Assembly: GCA_037443365.1 (NCBI GenBank)
Contig: JBBIOM010000002.1
Span: 61,331-125,330 of the forward strand
Direction: 5' to 3'
Length of the DNA: 64,000 bases
From: Armatimonadota bacterium
Lineage (GTDB): Bacteria > Sysuimicrobiota > Sysuimicrobiia > Sysuimicrobiales > Humicultoraceae
Part shown: piece after piece, positions 48,408 through 58,161 of the stretch
How positions within the stretch are numbered: the first letter of the stretch is position 1
Layout: the number at the start of each line of letters is the position of its first letter
The notes under the pieces: generated by a model
Database searches by the model: none
Seen by the model: only the letters and a program-made list of their open reading frames with translations
What the model was told of the DNA's origin: nothing
Made by a program: the position numbers and the translations under genes

Positions 48408-49117
48408 CGCCGTCCCTCGCGAAGCCAGTCGCAGAGCATGCTTCTGTTCAGCCCCATCGCCGCTCCCACACCGGTGAGCCGCCCATCCAGCAGGATGGCG
48501 ACGCTGGCATCGAGCGCCTCGGCTCCGGCCGGGTCGTGCGTCGTCAGGATCACGGCGCAGCCGCGCGCCGCGCATGCGCGCAGCGTGGAGGTCAGACGCC
48601 CGGCTGCTCCCACGTCGAGCCCGGTGTACGGCTCATCCAGGATGAGCAGATCCGGGGCGTGCAGCAGGGCGCGTGCCAGATTGACCTGTTGACGCTGTCC
48701 CCTCGATAGCACGCGCACCCTCCGTGCGGCCAGGGGCGCCAGCGCGTGCTCGTCCAGAACCGACTCCACCCGGGAAGGCGCCACGGCGTACAGCCCCCCG
48801 TAGAACACGAGGTTCTCCCTCACGGTCAGCGAGTCGTAGAGCAGTGATTCGTGCGGGACAAGGCCGATTCGGCGCCTGGTCGCCTGCGGCGGCGCCGACG
48901 GGTCGCCGAACCAGGTCAGGCTCCCACGCGTGGGGGCAAGCAGGGTAGAGATCAGACGAAGCAGCGTGGTCTTGCCCGAGCCGTTGGCGCCCAGGATCGC
49001 CAGCGTCTCGCCAGGGCGCACGCGCAGGTCTATCCCCCGCAGCACTGGCCGGTAGTCGAAGACCTTCACCAACCGGTGCGCCTCCACGACCCACCCGGGC
49101 AGATTGCCGCCGCTCAT
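48404..49117 (-). CDS. ccmA: Heme exporter ATP-binding protein CcmA
   Basis: Motifs GANGSGKTT, LSRGQRQ, LILDEPYTGLD and TTH. Confidence 0.88.
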   Translation of the reverse strand: MSGGNLPGWVVEAHRLVKVFDYRPVLRGIDLRVRPGETLAILGANGSGKTTLLRLISTLLAPTRGSLTWFGDPSAPPQATRRRIGLVPHESLLYDSLTVRENLVFYGGLYAVAPSRVESVLDEHALAPLAARRVRVLSRGQRQQVNLARALLHAPDLLILDEPYTGLDVGAAGRLTSTLRACAARGCAVILTTHDPAGAEALDASVAILLDGRLTGVGAAMGLNRSMLCDWLREGRR

Positions 49118-50703
49118 CCGGGCTCTTCTCCTGTTCTGGGAGCGCCGCCCAGCCGGTCCACGAGATCGTCCACCGCCTCAACCGGGAAGAGGAGGAACGG
49201 GTAGCCGCGGTAGCCGACCACCTCGGCCTCCTGCTCGCGCCGGCTGTGCTGGCGGAGCGCCTCCTGTGTCGCCTCAACGCGATCGGCGACAGCGACGCGC
49301 ATGATGAGGTTGAGCTCGCGGATGCGCTGGGTTGCCGCCCTGCGCTCCCGCCGTGTCAGCCCTCCGGCGCCCTCGAGGTGCCGGATCAGCGCCCACTTCT
49401 CGTTCACGAGCGCGCTGTGAGGTCCATCACCCGGAGGAAGGAAGCGATCGGGGTTGTGCTGCAACTCGAGCAGCAGGCGACTCAGTTGGCGGCGCTCCTC
49501 CTGCGAGGGCGCGCCCTCGGGGAACGGCAGGTGAAGCGTCGCGGTCACCGTGGCGTAGGCCGGAGGGCGTACGCCGTAGAACGTCTCCATGATGGCGTCG
49601 GTCGCGCGGTCGTACCTCCCGCCGCTGATGCCGTGGATGAACAGGTCGCAGACAGCCAGCCGGGCAAACGCGGTAAGCGCCAGCGCGCGGGGGCGGATCG
49701 CCATCGCCGCGAGCGCCGGATCGTCCGGATCGTCGGGAACCGGGCCGGCGTCGCGGCCGTCGGCCCAAAACCTGCCGCCCGAGGCGACGAACAGCGCCTG
49801 CCTCACGCCTTCCGTCACCAGCCAGAACGGCAGTTCGGTCCGCCCGGGGTCTGTCTCCAAGTCCGGAAACGGCTGTGCGCCGGTGCGAATACCGTGGCGC
49901 GCGCGGTAGGCTGCAAGCGTCGTGTTGTGCGCCGCAGCGAAGCGGGCTGGATCACTGGCGATGGAGAGCACGAAGCGGCGGAACGCCCGCGTGCGGGCAA
50001 GCCATGAAACAGGCAGGTCAAGGTAGGGACGCCGTCCTTCCAGGGCTCGGCGCGCCGCGGCTATCGCTCCAGCAAGCCCCAGCCCCGCAGGCGGCGCCGG
50101 CAGGAGCCGGGCTCGGCTCCATCCCCTGGCCAGTTCAGCCCCCCCGGCGGTCCGCAGGCAAGCGTCAATGGCTTCCAGGAACGCCTGCCACTGCGCGGGA
50201 TCCGGTGATGGAAGACACTCCACAGGGACCTCGGGGGCGGCGGTGGCAAGCACGATCCGCTCGCGGCGAAGCAGGCCGTTGGCCCTGGGCACCTCCGCGG
50301 CAATCTCCGCAACCGCGTCGGTGTCCACGATCAGGTCGAGCCCCACACCCCCGGGCTGCACCAGGCGCGCCAGGGCCAGGTACTTGATCCAGATGCCCGG
50401 GTGCGCCAGCACGGGCTGGTGACCGGTGCACAGCACCTGCGCGTCGGCGTGCTCGGGCACCCCAAGCCCCAACCGGGCGGTGTAATCCGCGGCCAGGGCC
50501 AATGCCTCGGCGCGCGCTTCGCGCCTCAGCCCGCCCAGCGGGAGCCCGCCGACGACCGTGGTGGCGGCATCGAACTCGCGCCGGTTGTCCCTCGCCAGCC
50601 CGGGCCACACCGCGTAGTCCGGGCTCGCCACCGCCACCGGAGAGGTGGCAGGGATATCTATCTCGGCATCCGGCCATGTGAGCGGGTCCGCGGCAGCAGG
50701 CAT
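49114..50703 (-). CDS. Conserved hypothetical protein, divergent BshC-like (putative cysteine ligase fold)
   Basis: VLCTGHQP..HPG..IKY resembles the BshC TGQQ..GP..K motif. Also has IRPRAL and FIHGISGGRYD, and a C-terminal coiled coil. TGATG-coupled to bshB1. Confidence 0.55.
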   Translation of the reverse strand: MPAAADPLTWPDAEIDIPATSPVAVASPDYAVWPGLARDNRREFDAATTVVGGLPLGGLRREARAEALALAADYTARLGLGVPEHADAQVLCTGHQPVLAHPGIWIKYLALARLVQPGGVGLDLIVDTDAVAEIAAEVPRANGLLRRERIVLATAAPEVPVECLPSPDPAQWQAFLEAIDACLRTAGGAELARGWSRARLLPAPPAGLGLAGAIAAARRALEGRRPYLDLPVSWLARTRAFRRFVLSIASDPARFAAAHNTTLAAYRARHGIRTGAQPFPDLETDPGRTELPFWLVTEGVRQALFVASGGRFWADGRDAGPVPDDPDDPALAAMAIRPRALALTAFARLAVCDLFIHGISGGRYDRATDAIMETFYGVRPPAYATVTATLHLPFPEGAPSQEERRQLSRLLLELQHNPDRFLPPGDGPHSALVNEKWALIRHLEGAGGLTRRERRAATQRIRELNLIMRVAVADRVEATQEALRQHSRREQEAEVVGYRGYPFLLFPVEAVDDLVDRLGGAPRTGEEPG

Positions 50704-51386
50704 CAGATCAGGCCGTCCCACCGGGCGACCCCAATCTCCTCGCGGCAGACAAACGCCTCGCCGTACCGCCGGTGGATGAGGCCCCCCCAGTAGGCGCTGG
50801 TCTCCCGTATCAAGTCAAGGAGCGCCGCGTTGCCCCGCTCGTCGCCAAACTGCGAGGCGTAGGCCGCGATCGCGGCCATCTTGGTCTCGATGTGATCGGA
50901 GATGTCCACGATGAACGACGGCTTGACGTGGAGGCGGTAGTGCGTGCTGAGGAAGTGGTAGATGCGGTCGGGGTAGTGCGGATCGCCCCTCATCGGCGTG
51001 CGCGTGAGCTTGGCGGTGAAACGCGCGGCCTCGGCCAGTGCGCAGGCCGCGACGTGATCGGGGTGCGCGTCCACCCAGTACGGGATGAAGAGGACGTCGG
51101 GGCGCACCTCGCGGATCACCTCGGCCACCTGGAGCCGCGCCTCGATCGTGTCCTGAAGGAACCGGTTGGGCAGGCCAAGGGTCAGGCGGCGCCGCAGGCC
51201 CAGCAGGCGCGAGGCCTCCTCTGCCTCCGCGGCGCGGCGCTCGGGCGACCCTATGGGGGTGGGCTCGCCGTCGGTGAGATCGCACAGGACCACCTCGTGT
51301 CCCTGCTCCCGCAGCAGGCACACGGTTCCTCCCATGGCGATCTCCACATCGTCCGGGTGGGGGCTTATGGCAAGGACAACGGCCAA
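50703..51386 (-). CDS. bshB1: PIG-L family N-acetylglucosaminyl deacetylase (BshB1-like)
   Basis: Motifs SPHPDDVE..MGGT, DLTDGEP, DAHPDH, PSFIVDIS, AYASQF and YGEAF. TTG start at 51386. Confidence 0.85.
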   Translation of the reverse strand: MAVVLAISPHPDDVEIAMGGTVCLLREQGHEVVLCDLTDGEPTPIGSPERRAAEAEEASRLLGLRRRLTLGLPNRFLQDTIEARLQVAEVIREVRPDVLFIPYWVDAHPDHVAACALAEAARFTAKLTRTPMRGDPHYPDRIYHFLSTHYRLHVKPSFIVDISDHIETKMAAIAAYASQFGDERGNAALLDLIRETSAYWGGLIHRRYGEAFVCREEIGVARWDGLI

Positions 51387-52078
51387 CGCACCACCTCTCT
51401 CTCCAGCACCTCCTCGTAGTATCGCCGCCTGACGTCCACGTCGTCCAGCCCTCCCCAGAAGCGGCGCTTCGGGTTCTTGTAGATGCGCGGAACCCCAATC
51501 TCGACCACGCGCATCCGGTGGTGGGCGGCCTGAACCCACACCTGCAGCGGCAGCCCGTAGGAGGGCTCGGTCAGTTCCATCTTGCGCAGGGCTTCCGCGC
51601 GGTAGGCCTTGAAGCCGCAGAACGCGTCGGTGATCGCGTAGCCCGTGAGCGCGCGCAGGCGCCCGGTCATTTCCTCGTTCAGCGCACGCCGGTCGGCCGG
51701 AGGTTTGTCGCCGCCGATGCGCGGGTCCAGGTAGCGGCTCCCGGAGGCGATGTCGACGGCCTCCAGCGCGGATGTGAACTCGGGTATCTGCCTGGGCTCG
51801 TGCTGCTCGTCGCAGTCAAGCGTGACCACCGTGTCGTACCCGTGCGCCAGGGAATACGCGAAGCCGTCGATCAGCGACTGGCCGTAGCCCTCGTTATGCG
51901 CGTGGGTTATGACGGCGATGTCGGGGTAGGAGCGCAGCACCCCGGGGGAGCCGTCGGTCGAGCCGTCGTCCACGACGACCACGGATGCGCCCCCAGCCCA
52001 CCGCCGCACGCCGTCGAGCACACGCGCGAGTGTGGGCTCCTCGTTGAAAAGGGGTAGAACCACAGCTGTTCGGCGCAT
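51365..52078 (-). CDS. Glycosyltransferase family 2 (DPM1-like)
   Basis: Motifs LPLFNEE, VDDGSTD, NEGYG, TLDCDEQH, SGSRY and TDAFCGFKAY. Confidence 0.9.
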   Translation of the reverse strand: MRRTAVVLPLFNEEPTLARVLDGVRRWAGGASVVVVDDGSTDGSPGVLRSYPDIAVITHAHNEGYGQSLIDGFAYSLAHGYDTVVTLDCDEQHEPRQIPEFTSALEAVDIASGSRYLDPRIGGDKPPADRRALNEEMTGRLRALTGYAITDAFCGFKAYRAEALRKMELTEPSYGLPLQVWVQAAHHRMRVVEIGVPRIYKNPKRRFWGGLDDVDVRRRYYEEVLEREVVRWPLSLP

Positions 52079-52084
52079 ACACGG

Positions 52085-52774
52085 CTAGAGCAACTTGACC
52101 CCGTTTATCTGTAACTTGAAGCCGCACCCCAGAAATTCCGCGGCGCGGCGGCACATCAACATCCTGTCCAGGAAGATCTCGAAGTACTCCATGACCTGAG
52201 ACATCGTGGTGTCGATCGTCAGTTCCAGGGTGATGGTCTTGCTCTTCTCGTCCACTCGCAGGAACGAGTGCTCCGCGGCGTAGTTAACGCGGTCGTGGAT
52301 GTCAAAGTCCTTGGGCTCGGGGTTGCGCACCCGCGAGCGGTGGACGTCGGACTTGTCGGCCAGGATCACCGCGGCGCCCACGGCGCTGACGACGTCCCCG
52401 TGCCGTTCCTCGTGATTGCCTATCGCGCCCATCACGATGGCCCTCTCATCCGGCGGCATCTGCAGGCGCGCCAGGATGCGATCGGCCAGGATGGCCGAGG
52501 CCTGTTCGTGGCTCGTCCGGCTGACCAGGTTGCCTATGTCGTGCAGGTACGCCGCGATGGCCCCCAGCTCGACGGTCCTGGCATCGTGCCCCAGCCTGCG
52601 CAGGACGTTGGTGGCGATGTTGGCACTCAAGCTGGCGTGGCGCACACCATGCTCGGTGTAGCCGATCACGCCGGTGTACTCGTTGGCCTTGGTGACGAAG
52701 GCCTCGACTTCGGGATCGCGCTTGATTTCCTCCAGGGTCGGCGACCCGCCGGCGGGGCGCTGCTCCGTGGTCAC
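52085..52774 (-). CDS. HD-domain phosphohydrolase
   Basis: Motifs GYTEHG..H, YLHDIGN, GNHEE, LADKSDVHRSR and DIHDRVNYA. The GTG start overlaps the yajC stop. Confidence 0.88.
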   Translation of the reverse strand: MTTEQRPAGGSPTLEEIKRDPEVEAFVTKANEYTGVIGYTEHGVRHASLSANIATNVLRRLGHDARTVELGAIAAYLHDIGNLVSRTSHEQASAILADRILARLQMPPDERAIVMGAIGNHEERHGDVVSAVGAAVILADKSDVHRSRVRNPEPKDFDIHDRVNYAAEHSFLRVDEKSKTITLELTIDTTMSQVMEYFEIFLDRMLMCRRAAEFLGCGFKLQINGVKLL

Positions 52775-53070
52775 TCCTCTCCCTTCGGCTCGGCCTTCGA
52801 CCGCACGTAGCTCACGGCCCCGCGGTCGGCCTTGACGCGGAGGTTGGGGGCCAGGTCGAGGCTCAGGACGTCCTCCTTGATCTCGGCGATCGTGGCGTGG
52901 ATCCCGCCGATGGTGACGACGCGATCTCCCCGCCGCAGCGCATCGAGCATCTCCTTGCGCTTGCGCGCCTGGGCCCTCTGGGGGCGGATCATCAACAGGT
53001 AGAAGACAACGAAGATCAATACCCACAGAACAATCACCGCGACCTGCGACTGCTGTTGAGGCATCGGCAC
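52771..53070 (-). CDS. yajC: Preprotein translocase subunit YajC
   Basis: Motifs FYLLMIRPQ and GDRVVTIGGIH. Downstream of tgt. Confidence 0.93.
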   Translation of the reverse strand: MPMPQQQSQVAVIVLWVLIFVVFYLLMIRPQRAQARKRKEMLDALRRGDRVVTIGGIHATIAEIKEDVLSLDLAPNLRVKADRGAVSYVRSKAEPKGEE

Positions 53071-53133
53071 AACCCTCCTGCGTGATCAGGGGATGAGCAA
53101 CGGTTTCTCTCGTCCGGGCGCGTCTCCTCTAAG

Positions 53134-54246
53134 TTACCACCGCGCGAGGTGCCTCGCCAGTACCCCCAAGACCCATTGCTCGTAGCGGTCCTGGCGCAGT
53201 GCCGCGCGAGCCTCCTCGAGCAGCGCGCCCATGAAGGCCAGATTGTGGTAGGTGGCCAGGCGGGGGCCCAGCATCTCGTCGGCTGCAAAGAGGTGCCGCA
53301 GGTAGGCACGTGTGGTCCGCGCGCAGACGCGGCAGGGACAGTCGGGGTCGGGTGGTGAGAGATCGTCTCGAAAGCGCGCGTTCCGCAGGTTGATCCTGCC
53401 CGTGCGAGTCAGCAGGACCCCGGTACGGGCCACGCGTGTCGGCAGCGCGCAGTCGAAGAGGTCTATCCCGCGCCTGATGGCTTCCAGCACGCCCGGCGTA
53501 TCTCCCAGGCCCATGACGTACCGCGGCCGCTCTCCTGGCAGTTCGGCGACCGCGGCCTCGATCGCCTCCATCATGACCTGGCGGGGCTCACCGACGGCGA
53601 GCCCTCCCAGCGCGTAGCCCACGAAGTCCATCTCCGCGGTGCGCCGGGCCGCCTCGGCGCGCAGGACGGGATCGAACCCACCCTGCACTATGCCGAAGAG
53701 CGCTCCTGCTCCGCTCCTTGAGTGGTGCGCCCGTGAACGCGCGGCCCAGGCCAGCGTGGTCTCGAGCGCGGCCCTGTCCTCGCCGGGGTCGTGGGGATAG
53801 CCTAGGCAGACATCCAGCGGCATGACGATGTCGGAGCCGAGCCGCCGCTGGATGTCCACCACGCCCTCGGGCGTCAGCCGGTGCTGGCTGCCGTCTATGG
53901 GCGACCGGAAGACGACCCCCTCCTCGTCCACCGTCCGGGTCCTCGCCAGGCTGTGGACCTGGTACCCGCCGCTGTCAGTCAGGATCGGACCGGCCCACCC
54001 CATGAAGGCGTGCAGCCCCCCGGCACGCTCGATGATCACGGGCCCGGGTCTCAGGTAGAGGTGAAACGCGTTGGCCAGGATGATGCGCGCGCCGGTTTCG
54101 GCCACCTCGTCGGGGGTCAGGGCCTTCACGGTGGCGTTGGTGCCTACCGGCATGAACGCCGGGGTCTCCACCTCTCCCCGGGAAGTGCGAAGCCGTCCGG
54201 CGCGGGCGGCGCTGCGCGGCGCCTGGCGTAGCACCTCGAAGTCCAT
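53134..54246 (-). CDS. tgt: tRNA-guanine transglycosylase
   Basis: Motifs TPAFMPVGT, TDSGGYQV, GIVQGG, DLFDC..PTR, CPCRVC and HNL. Start at ATG 54246. Confidence 0.96.
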   Translation of the reverse strand: MDFEVLRQAPRSAARAGRLRTSRGEVETPAFMPVGTNATVKALTPDEVAETGARIILANAFHLYLRPGPVIIERAGGLHAFMGWAGPILTDSGGYQVHSLARTRTVDEEGVVFRSPIDGSQHRLTPEGVVDIQRRLGSDIVMPLDVCLGYPHDPGEDRAALETTLAWAARSRAHHSRSGAGALFGIVQGGFDPVLRAEAARRTAEMDFVGYALGGLAVGEPRQVMMEAIEAAVAELPGERPRYVMGLGDTPGVLEAIRRGIDLFDCALPTRVARTGVLLTRTGRINLRNARFRDDLSPPDPDCPCRVCARTTRAYLRHLFAADEMLGPRLATYHNLAFMGALLEEARAALRQDRYEQWVLGVLARHLARW

Positions 54247-54260
54247 GGCGGCGTGTGCGG

Positions 54261-55544
54261 CTACGGGTAGATCCCGCGTATCATCAGCGCCTCCGCCACG
54301 CGCTCCACCGCGCGCTGCATCGCGGCCAGCCGGTAGGAGATGCCCTGCGAGCGGGCCAGCTCGATCACCTCGCGCACGCTGCGGACCATTATGCGCTCGA
54401 GGCGCTGGTTGATGTCCTCCTCGCTCCAGAAGAACGACTGCAGGTCCTGCACCCACTCGAAGTACGACACTATTACCCCGCCGGAGTTGGCCAGGATGTC
54501 AGGCAGGACCGTCACGCCCTTTCGCTCCAGGATCGCGTCGGCGTCGGGCGTGGTGGGACCGTTGGCGCCCTCCACGATCACGCGGGCCTTGATGCGGTCG
54601 GCGTTGGCATCGGTTATCTGGCCTTCCAGGGCGGCCGGCACAAGATAGGTGCAGGGCAGCTCGAGCAGCTCCTTGTTGGAGATCGCGTCGGCTCCGGGGA
54701 ATCCCACGACGCTCTTGGTTTGCGCCACGTGCCTCAACAGCGCGGGGACATCGAACCCGGCGGGGTTGTAGATGCCCCCGTACACGTCGCTGGCGCCCAC
54801 TATCTTGCAGCCCTCGGCGTGCATCAGCGCCGCGGTGGCCGATCCGACGTTCCCGAATCCCTGCACGACCACGGTCGCTCCGCTCCAGGGAAGGCCGAGC
54901 ATGCGCGCCGCCTCGCGCGCGGAGATCATGCAGCCGCGGCCGGTCGCCTCCTTCCGGCCCACCGAGCCCCCGATCGAGACCGGCTTGCCGGTAACCACGG
55001 CGGACACCGAGTGCCCGGCATGCATGCTGTAGGTGTCCATGATCCAGGCCATGACCTGGTCGTTGGTGCCCACGTCCGGCGCCGGGATGTCGCCCAGGGG
55101 ATGCATCATAACGCTGATCTCGGAGGCGTAGCGCCGCGTCAGGCGCTCCAGTTCGCCGGCGGACAGCGTGGTGGGATCAACGACCACGCCGCCCTTGGCG
55201 CCGCCGTACGGCAGGTTCACCAGGGCGCACTTCCAGGTCATCCACATGGCCAGCGCGCGAACCTCGTTGAGGGTCACGTCCTGGTGGTAGCGTATGCCTC
55301 CCTTGCTCGGGCCGAGCACGGTGCTGTGGTGCACGCGGTATCCCGTAAAGATCCGGATGGACCCATCGTCCATCTTTACCGGGAAGTTCACGGTCAACTC
55401 GCGGTGCGGCGTAACCAGGTATTCCTTGATCCCGCGCTTGAGCGCCAGGCGTTCGGCCACCTGCCAGAACTGCTCCAGGGCCATCTCCCAGGGATCGTCC
55501 TTGATCTGTACCACGTTGGCGTCGCCCGCTTCCTTGATCACCAT
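54261..55544 (-). CDS. gdhA: Glutamate dehydrogenase (Glu/Leu/Phe/Val family)
   Basis: Motifs [34 protein letters not shown] and EGANGP. Start at ATG 55544 with a GGGAGG RBS. Confidence 0.95.
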   Translation of the reverse strand: MVIKEAGDANVVQIKDDPWEMALEQFWQVAERLALKRGIKEYLVTPHRELTVNFPVKMDDGSIRIFTGYRVHHSTVLGPSKGGIRYHQDVTLNEVRALAMWMTWKCALVNLPYGGAKGGVVVDPTTLSAGELERLTRRYASEISVMMHPLGDIPAPDVGTNDQVMAWIMDTYSMHAGHSVSAVVTGKPVSIGGSVGRKEATGRGCMISAREAARMLGLPWSGATVVVQGFGNVGSATAALMHAEGCKIVGASDVYGGIYNPAGFDVPALLRHVAQTKSVVGFPGADAISNKELLELPCTYLVPAALEGQITDANADRIKARVIVEGANGPTTPDADAILERKGVTVLPDILANSGGVIVSYFEWVQDLQSFFWSEEDINQRLERIMVRSVREVIELARSQGISYRLAAMQRAVERVAEALMIRGIYP

Positions 55545-55627
55545 CCACCCTCCCTTGTTCACCCCCTGCATCCTTCCGGCGAGGGAGCGCGTTTTCCTCC
55601 ACGACAGGCCAGGGATGTGCGGCCGCA

Positions 55628-55656
55628 TTGCCCGCCCCCTGGCAAGGCCGTAGAAT
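55628..55656 (+). promoter_or_regulatory. Putative sigma70 promoter (TTGCCC-N17-TAGAAT)
   Basis: -35 at 55628-55633, a 17-nt spacer and -10 at 55651-55656, followed by GGAGG (55676-55680) and ATG 55686. Confidence 0.65.
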
Positions 55657-55685
55657 GTGGGCATACACACCCCCTGGAGGCCGGA

Positions 55686-55988
55686 ATGCCTGAGGAAGAA
55701 GGCGCTGGTGCTCTGACTCCCCCTGAGGTCGCTGTTTCCTCGCTCAATCCCGGCGGGCGGCCGGCGGCCGCGATCCAGGCCCGCGCGGTCCAGGTGCACG
55801 ACACGCCCAACAGCGGCGTCGAGATCCGCGCCGGGGAGTCTGAGGACGAGAACATCAGGAGGCTGCTGGGAGGACTGGGAGCGTACCAGAACCCGCTGCG
55901 CCCGGGCGCCTGGCAGCTCGACCGCCGGTACCGCGCCGATGCGGTGCGCCGCCTGGAGACGGCCGGGTACGAGGTCGCCGGTCGCTAG
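55686..55988 (+). CDS. Hypothetical 100-aa protein
   Basis: Fills the gap between gdhA and queA and has its own promoter and RBS. Its stop overlaps the convergent queA stop (CTAG). Confidence 0.7.
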   Translation: MPEEEGAGALTPPEVAVSSLNPGGRPAAAIQARAVQVHDTPNSGVEIRAGESEDENIRRLLGGLGAYQNPLRPGAWQLDRRYRADAVRRLETAGYEVAGR

Positions 55989-57016
55989 AGAACCAGCATC
56001 GCGTCACCGAAACTGTAGAAGCGATAGCGCTCCGCGACCGCCTCGGCATACGCTCGCAGGACCGCCTCGCGCCCGGCGAACGCGCATACGAGCATAAGCA
56101 GCGTGGTCCTGGGCAGGTGGAAGTTCGTCACCAACCCCTCTGTGGCGCGAAACGCGTGACCGGGCGTAATGAACAGGTCGGTCCACCCGCTGTACGCCTG
56201 TAGCCGGCCGTCCGGGGCCGCCGCGGTCTCCAGGGCGCGCACGGCCGAGGTGCCCACCGCTATCAGCCGGCCCTGGCGCGCGTTGATGGCCGCGGCGGCC
56301 TGCGGGGTCAGCGTCAGGTGTTCGGATTCCATTCGGTGCGTGCGCACATCCTCTGCGCGCACGTTCTGGAAGGTCCCCAGCCCGATGTGCAGGGTCAGCG
56401 TCACCAGCCCCACGCCCTGATCTTGCAGCCGAGCGAGCAGCTCGGGCGTGAAGTGCAGCCCGGCCGTGGGCGCTGCCACCGAGCCTTCCTCGCGGGCATA
56501 GACGGTCTGGTAGTCCTCGGGGCCAGAGCACCGATCCCGGATGTACGGGGGAAGCGGCACCTCGCCGCAGCGGCGCAGCAGGTCGAGCATGCTCTCACCG
56601 GAAGCCAGCCGCACGAGGCGGCGTCCGTGCGGCAGGCGGCCCACCACCTCCAGGAGTGTGCTGTCAGGGCCGACCTCTACGACCGCCCCAGGCCGAAGCC
56701 GGCGCCCGGGTCGCGCCAGTGCCTCCCAGACCTCCTCGCTCCCTGCTCCCCCACCCACTGCGCGCAGCAGCAGCAGCTCGGCCGCCCCGCCGCCCCCCCG
56801 GCGCCGCCCGCGCAGGCGCGCCGGAATCACGCGCGTGTCATTTGCCACCAGGACGTCTCCGGCGCGCAGGTAGTCGCCGATCTCGCGAAAGATGCGGTGC
56901 GCTACACGCTGCGTGGGGCGGTCGAGCACCAGCAGCCGCGATGCGTCGCGGGGCGAGGCCGGATGCTGCGCGACGAGTTCAGGAGGAAGCGTGTAGTCGA
57001 AATCCGACAGGCGCAT
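55985..57016 (-). CDS. queA: S-adenosylmethionine:tRNA ribosyltransferase-isomerase
   Basis: Motifs [40 protein letters not shown] and [10 protein letters not shown]. Confidence 0.97.
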   Translation of the reverse strand: MRLSDFDYTLPPELVAQHPASPRDASRLLVLDRPTQRVAHRIFREIGDYLRAGDVLVANDTRVIPARLRGRRRGGGGAAELLLLRAVGGGAGSEEVWEALARPGRRLRPGAVVEVGPDSTLLEVVGRLPHGRRLVRLASGESMLDLLRRCGEVPLPPYIRDRCSGPEDYQTVYAREEGSVAAPTAGLHFTPELLARLQDQGVGLVTLTLHIGLGTFQNVRAEDVRTHRMESEHLTLTPQAAAAINARQGRLIAVGTSAVRALETAAAPDGRLQAYSGWTDLFITPGHAFRATEGLVTNFHLPRTTLLMLVCAFAGREAVLRAYAEAVAERYRFYSFGDAMLVL

Positions 57017-58161
57017 CAGGGCCGCGCGGCAATCACGATTCCCGTGTAGTAGTGTCTAAGGATGGCGGTGTAGTCGCGGCCCGCCAGCGCCATTCCGCGG
57101 GCGCCCCACTGGCTCATTCCCACGCCGTGTCCGAACCCCCGTCCGGCGAGTTCGACGGTGTCCTCGGCAGGATAGGAGCGCACGGCGAACAGGGTGCTGC
57201 GCAGCACGTTGGGGTCCATGGCGGCGCGGAACTCACTGCCCCGCACCTCGCCTCCTCCGGAGGCGGCCACCAGCCGCAGGAGCATCACGCGCCCTGACGG
57301 ACTGGTGGAGGCGACCTCGAGCCGGGACAGGCCCCTCAAGGGACGGCCCGCGCGCCCAAGGCGCGCCTCGATCGCCGCCAGCTGCAGCCGGAGCGTCCAC
57401 TCATGGTTGGGCGCGTCCCTGGAGAAGGGATCGGGCACGCCGCGAAGATGAGGTGTCACGCTTCCCCATACGTACTCGCTGCTCTCCGTGGCGCCGCCCG
57501 AATCGGCGTGATACGCGGCGAACGCGGGCCTGCCGCCGTAGAGCAGCACGAGCCCGCGCGTGGCGTCCACCGCGGCCGATGTGCGGGCGTCCTCGGCGGC
57601 TATCCCGCCGTAGACCTGCGAATCGGTTGTCGAGCGCACATCGTAGCCCTCGGACGCGAACCTCCCGGCACTCCCGGCGGCCAGCGAGCGCGCGGCTATC
57701 GCCTGCGCCCGCAAGGCCTCGGGCGGCCAGCGCGGATCCATCTCGCTGCGCACGACGCCGTAGAGATACTCCTCGACGTCGAGCTCGTTGATGGCGGTCA
57801 CGCGCCCGGCCGCGGTGCGGCGCAGCTCGACGACGCCCCGGTATGGCCTGCCGCCGAGAGAGATAGGGACGCCCCGCGGCACCAGGCGGACCGTGGCGCC
57901 GTAGCCGATGCCTTCCATTTCGAGCCCTGCGGGCGCAGCGCGCACGCTCAGGCGGCCTGCCTCGAGCGTCTCGCGGCGTCCTGAGTCGACGTCTATCAGG
58001 TCGAACGGCGCGGCGCATGCTACGGTCAGGGACTCCTGGCCCAGCAGCAGCCCCACGCGCACCAGGTCCGCGGACTGCGCAGCGGCCTCGCCCGGGCCCC
58101 CCGGGACAAAGCAGGCGAGAAGCACCGCAACCAGCAGTCCGGCCAGCACGCCCGGGGACAT
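57016..58161 (-). CDS. SpoIID/LytB-domain protein (exported peptidoglycan hydrolase family)
   Basis: Signal peptide, then YRG..INE..EEYLYGVV.SEM, EALRAQAIAARS, QVYGG and GFGHGVGMSQWGA. Confidence 0.92.
   Translation of the reverse strand: MSPGVLAGLLVAVLLACFVPGGPGEAAAQSADLVRVGLLLGQESLTVACAAPFDLIDVDSGRRETLEAGRLSVRAAPAGLEMEGIGYGATVRLVPRGVPISLGGRPYRGVVELRRTAAGRVTAINELDVEEYLYGVVRSEMDPRWPPEALRAQAIAARSLAAGSAGRFASEGYDVRSTTDSQVYGGIAAEDARTSAAVDATRGLVLLYGGRPAFAAYHADSGGATESSEYVWGSVTPHLRGVPDPFSRDAPNHEWTLRLQLAAIEARLGRAGRPLRGLSRLEVASTSPSGRVMLLRLVAASGGGEVRGSEFRAAMDPNVLRSTLFAVRSYPAEDTVELAGRGFGHGVGMSQWGARGMALAGRDYTAILRHYYTGIVIAARP

Noticed and set aside
54255-55685. Long antisense ORF over gdhA as an overlapping gene
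   Set aside because: Shadow frame. Only the 3' part from ATG 55686 has a promoter and RBS and lies outside gdhA.
57016-58161. SpoIID as evidence of sporulation
   Set aside because: SpoIID/LytB proteins commonly sit in ruv-queA operons and occur in non-sporulating bacteria.
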